A program made the translations under genes and the position numbers. This document shows positions 7,083-12,358 of a stretch of 12,358 nt of DNA, piece by piece (within the stretch, counting starts at the first letter, position 1; each line of letters opens with the position of its first letter). The notes below the pieces were generated by a model. That model worked only from the letters and a program-made list of their open reading frames with translations, was not told the origin of the DNA and did not search any database. This stretch comes from Candidatus Nanopusillus sp. (GTDB lineage Archaea > Nanobdellota > Nanobdellia > Nanobdellales > Nanobdellaceae): assembly GCA_028275885.1 (NCBI GenBank), contig JAPWTW010000010.1, forward strand, positions 1-12,358, read 5' to 3'.

Positions 7083-7467
7083 CCAGATAATTATATATCC
7101 TAAAGGATTTTATTTCATAATTTTTAAAATATTTCTTAATTAATTCTTCCAATTTTTCTTTATTTAAGTTTTCTCCACTACACCATGCAGCATCTATATC
7201 TATATAAATTCCATCCTCTTCAGTATAGCTACTTATTACTATATGAGATGTTGTTAAAATTCCAATAAATGTTATATCCTTATTTCCTTCAAAATCTGCT
7301 GGAAATAAATAAATTTTATGATATAATAATCTACTATTTAAAATTTTTGCAAGATCATTGGAAAATTCTCTAATAATATATATAAAACTCTCATTTTTAT
7401 TTATCTTTACTATTGCTATTAATCTTTTTATATCTTTAACAGATATTCTTTTATATTCTTTATTCAT
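7060..7467 (-). CDS. S-adenosylmethionine decarboxylase (SpeH/class 1b AdoMetDC)-like protein, divergent at processing residues
   Basis: 135 aa. The core ITFIGILTTSHIVISSYTEEDGIYIDIDAAWCSGEN aligns by eye to the archaeal/bacterial AdoMetDC core [33 protein letters not shown]. The Ser, the Cys and GE are kept. The Glu before the Ser is Thr, and the processing His is Ser. Confidence 0.45.
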   Translation of the reverse strand: MNKEYKRISVKDIKRLIAIVKINKNESFIYIIREFSNDLAKILNSRLLYHKIYLFPADFEGNKDITFIGILTTSHIVISSYTEEDGIYIDIDAAWCSGENLNKEKLEELIKKYFKNYEIKSFRIYNYLGEESLLS

Positions 7468-7516
7468 TTATAGATGAATCTATATATTTTTATCTTTAAA
7501 AATTTATATTTAGGAA

Positions 7517-7589
7517 AGCCCCGTCGTCTAGTGGCCTAGGATTCAGGGCTCTGGTCCCTGAGACCGGGGTTCGAATCCCCGCGGGGCTA
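7517..7589 (+). tRNA. tRNA-Gln (anticodon CUG), no encoded CCA
   Basis: Manual cloverleaf: AGCCCCG TC GTCT AGTGGCCTA GGAT T CAGGG CTCTGGT CCCTG AGAC CGGGG TTCGAAT CCCCG CGGGGCT A. The anticodon is at 7551-7553. A1:U72 and A73 are typical of archaeal tRNA-Gln. The stems are almost all G:C. Confidence 0.92.
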
Positions 7590-7591
7590 CT

Positions 7592-7599
7592 TTTATAAA
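7592..7599 (+). promoter_or_regulatory. TATA box (TTTATAAA) for the 7622 ORF
   Basis: An exact TTTATAAA whose first base is 30 nt upstream of the ATG at 7622. It starts 3 nt after the tRNA-Gln 3' end. Confidence 0.45.
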
Positions 7600-7621
7600 A
7601 ATAATTATTTAACGATTTTTA

Positions 7622-8446
7622 ATGGTTCAAAATCTTGAATCATTAATATCAGATGTTGGATATATAATAAATAATGCTGATAAATTATCAAATCCTAAAG
7701 ATTATATTCAGATAATTTCAAAAATTCAATATATAATATCTTCATCTAATGCAAAATTTTATGAGGGAATAAAAAGGAAGAGGATACCTTTTGATGAAAT
7801 AGAAAGATATATGGATTTAGATAGTATACTTATTAATGGTTGCTCTACAATTGGGAGTATAGAAATAGCAAGAATTTTAAGATTCGGTGAAAAAGCTGTA
7901 AGTAATGTAATTGATATAATATGCATAGATCAACAAAGAGCTATAACACAAAGAGATACTATAACAAATTATATTAAAATGAGGAGATATAAATATGAAT
8001 TTCTACCAAATAATATTTATGGATTTAGAGTAAGTTTAAATGAAGAATTAATAATTCCAAACTTATATGGAATATATTTTTATATAAAAGTAGATTTATC
8101 AAATTTAAAATTATATATAACGATTAATATGGCAGGAAATCTGTTTATTAAAAAAAATGGTTTAAATTATATATTATATTTTAACGATTTTGGATTATTT
8201 TCCATAATTTATAAATTTTTTAGATATAAAGATAAAGATATAAAAGATTTAGAAGAATATGAAAAATATAAAGATAAAATTAAAGAAATAATAAATAAAG
8301 GATTCAATGATAGAGACATTGATAATTTAAGAATATTATTTGGCGAGAAAGATATTGATAAGATAAGAAAAAACTTAGATAAATATCTTGAAAAACATCC
8401 AGGTTCTGTGTATAAAAGTTTATATAAAGTTATTGAATATGTCTAA
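7622..8446 (+). CDS. hypothetical protein (possible HTH-like segment; K/D/E-rich C-terminal helical region)
   Basis: 274-codon ORF with a TATA box at the standard spacing. The segment GSIEIARILRFGEKAVSNVI looks helix-turn-helix-like. I recognise no family. Confidence 0.55.
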   Translation: MVQNLESLISDVGYIINNADKLSNPKDYIQIISKIQYIISSSNAKFYEGIKRKRIPFDEIERYMDLDSILINGCSTIGSIEIARILRFGEKAVSNVIDIICIDQQRAITQRDTITNYIKMRRYKYEFLPNNIYGFRVSLNEELIIPNLYGIYFYIKVDLSNLKLYITINMAGNLFIKKNGLNYILYFNDFGLFSIIYKFFRYKDKDIKDLEEYEKYKDKIKEIINKGFNDRDIDNLRILFGEKDIDKIRKNLDKYLEKHPGSVYKSLYKVIEYV

Positions 8447-9188
8447 TAAATTTTTTTGGTGAATTAACTATTATAGATTTTTCTAATGGTATATTTAAAT
8501 AAATAGAATCAAGTAAAATCTTTATTAATATATTTATCCTATCTGGAACATTCTTTATAGATTTGTATAGTTCTATTCTTTTATGCGGTAAATCAATATT
8601 TCTAAATAAATATTGGGTTGCATATTGCCAATTTAAACCAACATCAACAATTCCCCCAAGAATAAATAGTTCATACTTTTCTAAATCTTTATCATTTAAT
8701 ACCTCATCCCCATAAGGGTCTAATATTATTGCCTTATATTTATAGAAATCAAACTCCTCTTGTTTTTTATATATATTTACAAGATTTTTACCTAAAAAAG
8801 AGTAATCAATATCTCCAATTAATATTAAATTACTATCAAATAAATATTCCCTTATAACTTTTAATGATTGGGAAATTTGTATTTTTAAACTAATTTTTCC
8901 TTTATTAGATAATAGATTATACAATGAACTATCTATCAGAAACTTTTTTTCATTTTGAATATCACTTAATATTTTTTCTTTTGGCATATTTATTTCTTCC
9001 TTTGCATCTTTATTATATTTTACTTCAATAAAGTTTTTGTATATTGTTTCTCCATCATCTTTATACAATTTTTTCCTATTTAATAGATGTTTTACAATAC
9101 AATCTTGTCCAATATATTTTTTACTCTTATCATAGTTTCTTACGGTTATATAATTAATATATTTTGAAGCTATCTTTTCCAATATCAT
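8430..9188 (-). CDS. trm10: Trm10-like SPOUT tRNA (purine-9 N1)-methyltransferase
   Basis: 252 aa. LKVIREYLFDSNLILIGDIDY, then AIILDPYGDEVL, LFILGGIVDVG and NVPDRINILIKILLD, resemble the archaeal Trm10 SPOUT core as I remember it from the Sulfolobus and Thermococcus enzymes. Confidence 0.6.
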   Translation of the reverse strand: MILEKIASKYINYITVRNYDKSKKYIGQDCIVKHLLNRKKLYKDDGETIYKNFIEVKYNKDAKEEINMPKEKILSDIQNEKKFLIDSSLYNLLSNKGKISLKIQISQSLKVIREYLFDSNLILIGDIDYSFLGKNLVNIYKKQEEFDFYKYKAIILDPYGDEVLNDKDLEKYELFILGGIVDVGLNWQYATQYLFRNIDLPHKRIELYKSIKNVPDRINILIKILLDSIYLNIPLEKSIIVNSPKKFIRHIQ

Positions 9189-9217
9189 AAAAAAATATTT
9201 TTTAAAAAAATATTTTA

Positions 9218-9289
9218 AGGCCCGTAGTCTAGTGGTATGATGCCGGACTCACTATCCGGAGGTCCCGGGTTCAAATCCCGGCGGGCCTA
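9218..9289 (+). tRNA. tRNA-Val (anticodon CAC), no encoded CCA, unusual U37
   Basis: Manual cloverleaf: AGGCCCG TA GTCT AGTGGTA TGAT G CCGGA CTCACTA TCCGG AGGTC CCGGG TTCAAAT CCCGG CGGGCCT A. The anticodon is at 9250-9252 and the discriminator is A73. Position 37 (9253) is T, and the first pair is A1:U72. Confidence 0.85.
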
Positions 9290-9521
9290 TCTTATAAAAG
9301 ATAAAAATTATTAGTCTTAATGGCCAATAAAAACATAATATAAATGAAATAGGTTTGTTGTTATGAATAAATCTATAAGATTTAAATGTGTTGCATTAAT
9401 ACATTAATTTAAAGTTGTAAATATTATTATATTATAACTTATAAACAGAATAATTGGTATTAAGTCAACAATTTTTCCTAAATAAGAATTGATAGATTAT
9501 TGTATACTTAATGTTATTGAT

Positions 9522-9529
9522 TTTTTAAA
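9522..9529 (+). promoter_or_regulatory. TATA-like box (TTTTTAAA) for the HTH-regulator/ACD operon
   Basis: Its first base is 30 nt upstream of the ATG at 9552. Confidence 0.4.
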
Positions 9530-9551
9530 TTTTATTATATAACATCATTAT

Positions 9552-9878
9552 ATGACATTGAGATGTGAACTATTTGTAAAGGAAATGCTTCCTTCAATTA
9601 GAAGAGAATTATCAAAAATATTGTATGATAATTATAAAATGTCTCAAGAAGAAATTGCAGATAAATTATCAATAACGCAATCTGCAGTTTCACAATATTT
9701 AAAGGGTATAAGAGGTAAATATTATTTTGAATTTGATCAAGAAGACAAAAATATATTAATTAAGATGGCAGAATTATTAAAAAATGATAAAAATATTAAA
9801 TTATTAGATTTACAATCTATGTTATGTCAATTATGTGAAAAAAGATATAAATACATAAAATGCTATATTAAATTATGA
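9552..9878 (+). CDS. small archaeal HTH transcriptional regulator (XRE-like HTH) with four Cys
   Basis: MSQEEIADKLSITQSAVSQYLKGIRG is a classic HTH. Cys residues occur at the N-terminus (RCE) and the C-terminus (CQLCEKRYKYIKC). The stop overlaps the next start in ATGA at 9875-9878. Confidence 0.7.
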   Translation: MTLRCELFVKEMLPSIRRELSKILYDNYKMSQEEIADKLSITQSAVSQYLKGIRGKYYFEFDQEDKNILIKMAELLKNDKNIKLLDLQSMLCQLCEKRYKYIKCYIKL

Positions 9879-10750
9879 GTATATTTGACATAAAATCTGT
9901 TGCAATTGTAGGAGCAAGTAATAAAGAAGGAAAAGTTGGAAATATAATATTAAAAAATTTTATTAAAAGATTTCCTGGAAAAATATATCCAATAAATCCA
10001 AATTATGATAATTTATATAATCTAAAATGTTACAAAAATATTTTTGAAATAGATGAGAATATAGATGCAGTTGTAATAGCAATACCTGCAGAGGGCGTTC
10101 CTGAAGTTATAAAACAGGCTGGAGAAAAAGGTGTAAAGTTGGCAATAATAGTTTCTGCTGGATTTTCTGAAGTTGGTAGAAAAGATCTTGAAGAAAAAAT
10201 ATTAGAATATTCGAAAAAATATGGAATAAGAATATTGGGACCAAATGGTATGGGTTTATATGATCCATATAATGGTATAGATACATTTTTTGTTGATGAT
10301 AAAAGATTAATAAGACCAAAGAAAGGAAAAATTGTCCTATTATCTCAATCTGGCGCAATTGCTTTGGCAGTTATGGAATGGTTATCAAGTAAAAATATTG
10401 GTGTATCAAAGATAATTTCTTATGGAAATAAAATTGATTTAGATGAAGTTGAAATATTAAAAGAATTAAAAGATGATCAAAATTCTAAAGCAATATTTAT
10501 ATATATGGAAGGATTAAGAGAAGGAAGGGGTAAGGAATTTTTAAAAGTTGCAAGCCAATTAAATAGACCAGTAATAGTATTAAAATCTGGAAAAACAAAG
10601 AGGGGTTCTATTGCAGTTTCTTCCCATACAGCATCCATGGCGGGAGATTATGAAGTATATAAAAATTTATTTAAACAATATAATATAATTGAAGCGAAAA
10701 GTATGGGAGATTTTATGATTTATTTAAAAACTCTGGCATTTTATTTATAA
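9875..10750 (+). CDS. acdA: acetyl-CoA synthetase (ADP-forming) alpha subunit, N-terminal part (CoA-binding plus phosphohistidine CoA-ligase domains)
   Basis: The start IKSVAIVGASNKEGKVGNIILKNF is a CoA-binding Rossmann motif. Also present are ILGPNGMG, LLSQSGAI and the phosphohistidine loop AVSSHTASMAGDYEVY (His codon 10625-10627). The ORF ends in TAA at 10748-10750, about where full-length homologues continue into another domain. Confidence 0.85.
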   Translation: MSIFDIKSVAIVGASNKEGKVGNIILKNFIKRFPGKIYPINPNYDNLYNLKCYKNIFEIDENIDAVVIAIPAEGVPEVIKQAGEKGVKLAIIVSAGFSEVGRKDLEEKILEYSKKYGIRILGPNGMGLYDPYNGIDTFFVDDKRLIRPKKGKIVLLSQSGAIALAVMEWLSSKNIGVSKIISYGNKIDLDEVEILKELKDDQNSKAIFIYMEGLREGRGKEFLKVASQLNRPVIVLKSGKTKRGSIAVSSHTASMAGDYEVYKNLFKQYNIIEAKSMGDFMIYLKTLAFYL

Positions 10751-10752
10751 TA

Positions 10753-11217
10753 ATGGTTATTTATATATATACAAATGGGGGAGGTGAAGGTGTTTTAACA
10801 ACAGATGCTTTAGAAGAAAATAATATTAAAATAGAAGAAACGCCAGAAGATATTAAAGAAAAATTAAAAAATATTCTACCCTCTTTTGCTTCATTTCATA
10901 ATCCAATAGATACTACAGCTCAAGTGAGTGAAGATCAATACATAGAAGGATTAAAGATACTATTAGAAGATTCAAGAACAGAAGGAATAATTGCAATATT
11001 ATTACCACAATTACCTCTTTTTACAGAAAAATTTCCTGAAAAATTATCAAAAATAATTAATAAAAAAATTCCCTTAGTATTTTTAATATATGGAGGAGGA
11101 TTTACCGAGCAAATAAAAATATCTGTTGAAGAATATTTACCAGTATTTGAATCACCAGAAGAGGCTGCTAAAGCATTATCCTTTTTATTAAGATTAAAGA
11201 AAAATAATTGGATATAA
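10753..11217 (+). CDS. acdA: acetyl-CoA synthetase (ADP-forming) alpha subunit, C-terminal domain as a separate ORF in another frame
   Basis: MVIYIYTNGGGEGVLTTDALEENNIKIEE...SFHNPIDTTA matches the ..RVAIVTNAGGPGVLAADALE...NPVD.. region of ACD alpha. The ATG lies 2 nt after the upstream stop. Its frame is offset by -1 relative to 9875-10750. Confidence 0.8.
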   Translation: MVIYIYTNGGGEGVLTTDALEENNIKIEETPEDIKEKLKNILPSFASFHNPIDTTAQVSEDQYIEGLKILLEDSRTEGIIAILLPQLPLFTEKFPEKLSKIINKKIPLVFLIYGGGFTEQIKISVEEYLPVFESPEEAAKALSFLLRLKKNNWI

Positions 11218-11220
11218 ATT

Positions 11221-11228
11221 TTTATAAA
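11221..11228 (+). promoter_or_regulatory. TATA box (TTTATAAA) for the surface-protein gene
   Basis: An exact TTTATAAA whose first base is 29 nt upstream of the ATG at 11250. Confidence 0.4.
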
Positions 11229-11249
11229 TATTTTCTTTAAGGATAATAT

Positions 11250-12358
11250 ATGAACAAGAAAATATTATTAATTTTATTATTGTCCTTTATACTTTTATCA
11301 ACTAAAAATATTTTCTCTTATCAAATTTATTATTATAATCAAGGTTATATTCCAAATATTTTAATTACTCCATATTTATATAGTAGGGAATTTTTACCTG
11401 GACAAAATATTACAGGATATGTTTTTATACAAAATAATGATCCATATTATTATCCGCAAATATTTTTGGGAATAATGTTAGTTAATGAAAACTTATCATT
11501 TGGTACACAAGTATTATATGCAGAATTAAAGATGATATCAAATTTACTACCATATGAAAATTATACAGTAAATTTTTCATATCAAATTCCAGAAAATATA
11601 TCTTCAGGAAATTATGAACTATTATTCTATTTATATACTGCTACAAAACATATAATAGGTAATCCAAACAACTTTTCTACGCCAATATATGAAAATATCT
11701 ATATAAGTAATCCTAATATTGGTAATTATCCTTGGATTGCTATTGTGAGAAATCAAACAGAATTAATTATTAATAATAATAAAGTATTAAATTTAAACTT
11801 AAGTTTGTATTCATTATATAATACAAATGCAACAATAAATATTAAACTTGCTGCGTGGGATGCTATATTATACGGAGCAATATACAATAATTCTTTTAAT
11901 GTAGAATTAAAGCAGGGATATAATTATATTTATGATAATATTAATGTATCCAATCTATATCCTGGGATATATTATATTTTAATTGAGGTATATTCTGGTA
12001 AGTTATTACAAGATCTACATATTATACCTTACTATGTTTATGGTGAATCATTATCTTTTGATGGGATATACTTAAATAATAATGGAACTTTATTGATAAT
12101 TTTATCTGCATATCCAAATGATAATAAGAATCATGTTTTATATAATGTTGGACTGACAATATATTCAAATAATCAAAATTTTCAAAATTCAATTAATATA
12201 GGAAATTTATTGTATAATTCTACAAAATATATATATATTTATGATAATGTTCCAATGATAAATGGTGAAGATTTATGTTTTAACTTAACATATCAAAAAG
12301 AAGTAAATGGACTAACATATCTTTCAAATATATGTTATACATATTATTTAACAAATCA
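11250..12358 (+). CDS. secreted or surface protein, N-terminal signal peptide, N-glycosylation-sequon-rich, repeated beta-sandwich-like modules (partial, runs off the 3' end); absent from the ORF track
   Basis: I translated the frame by hand and found no stop from ATG 11250 to the window end (369 codons). The N-terminus MNKKILLILLLSFILLSTKNIFS looks like a Sec signal. I count about 14 N-x-S/T sequons. The sequence is Tyr/Asn-rich with recurring motifs such as ENISSGNYELLFYLY and VSNLYPGIYYILIEVY. Confidence 0.75.
   Translation, partial: MNKKILLILLLSFILLSTKNIFSYQIYYYNQGYIPNILITPYLYSREFLPGQNITGYVFIQNNDPYYYPQIFLGIMLVNENLSFGTQVLYAELKMISNLLPYENYTVNFSYQIPENISSGNYELLFYLYTATKHIIGNPNNFSTPIYENIYISNPNIGNYPWIAIVRNQTELIINNNKVLNLNLSLYSLYNTNATINIKLAAWDAILYGAIYNNSFNVELKQGYNYIYDNINVSNLYPGIYYILIEVYSGKLLQDLHIIPYYVYGESLSFDGIYLNNNGTLLIILSAYPNDNKNHVLYNVGLTIYSNNQNFQNSINIGNLLYNSTKYIYIYDNVPMINGEDLCFNLTYQKEVNGLTYLSNICYTYYLTN

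Noticed and set aside
6626-7090. Plus-strand ORFs 6626-6874 and 6875-7090
   Set aside because: They are antisense to taw1 and to the C/D sRNA and SpeH-like 3' end. The translations are hydrophobic and low-complexity, with no start context.
9290-9551. Replication origin in the long AT-rich spacer
   Set aside because: There are no ORB or mini-ORB-like GC-containing repeats, no extended inverted repeats and no adjacent orc1/cdc6 gene.
10107-10358. Minus-strand ORF inside the ACD alpha gene
   Set aside because: It is an antisense shadow ORF opposite conserved ACD motifs.
10735-10755. Programmed -1 ribosomal frameshift joining the two ACD alpha ORFs
   Set aside because: The zero-frame codons GCA TTT TAT TTA TAA do not form an X-XXY-YYZ slippery heptamer, and I see no downstream stem-loop or pseudoknot in this AT-rich stretch. 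A split gene, a pseudogene or an assembly indel remain more plausible.
1-12358. CRISPR arrays, transposases, integrases, IS inverted repeats, split-tRNA halves and rRNA
   Set aside because: I found no regularly spaced direct repeats and no recombinase-like ORFs. There are no additional GC-rich RNA-like islands beyond the two tRNAs and the C/D sRNA candidate.

Overview
This is a very AT-rich archaeal chromosome segment (roughly one quarter G+C by eye) that is extremely gene-dense. The only GC-rich patches are two tRNA genes, one candidate C/D-box sRNA and a P/Q-rich coding tail. That pattern fits a thermophile with a streamlined genome. A DPANN/Nanoarchaeota-like source is my inference only.

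Recognisable content, in order:
- a hypothetical protein with a P/Q-rich tail
- a GT-B glycosyltransferase
- phosphoenolpyruvate synthase (ppsA)
- a half-size T2SS-F/FlaJ-TadC-like membrane protein that starts directly after the ppsA stop
- a 41-codon eL39-like mini-ORF (not in the ORF track)
- tRNA 4-demethylwyosine synthase Taw1 (minus strand)
- a degenerate AdoMet-decarboxylase-like gene (minus strand), whose stop codon lies inside a textbook-architecture C/D-box sRNA candidate
- tRNA-Gln(CUG)
- a 274-aa hypothetical protein
- a Trm10-like SPOUT tRNA methyltransferase (minus strand)
- tRNA-Val(CAC) with an odd U37
- a 262-bp non-coding spacer
- a Cys-containing HTH regulator overlapping an ADP-forming acetyl-CoA synthetase alpha gene, which is split into two adjacent ORFs in different frames
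- a long signal-peptide, N-glycosylation-sequon-rich surface protein that runs off the window (also not in the ORF track)

Seven transcription-unit starts have a TTTATAAA-like box whose first base is 29-31 nt upstream of the ATG, which suggests leaderless mRNAs. I saw no CRISPR array, transposase, integrase or rRNA. All functional calls rest on motif recognition by eye, with no database search.
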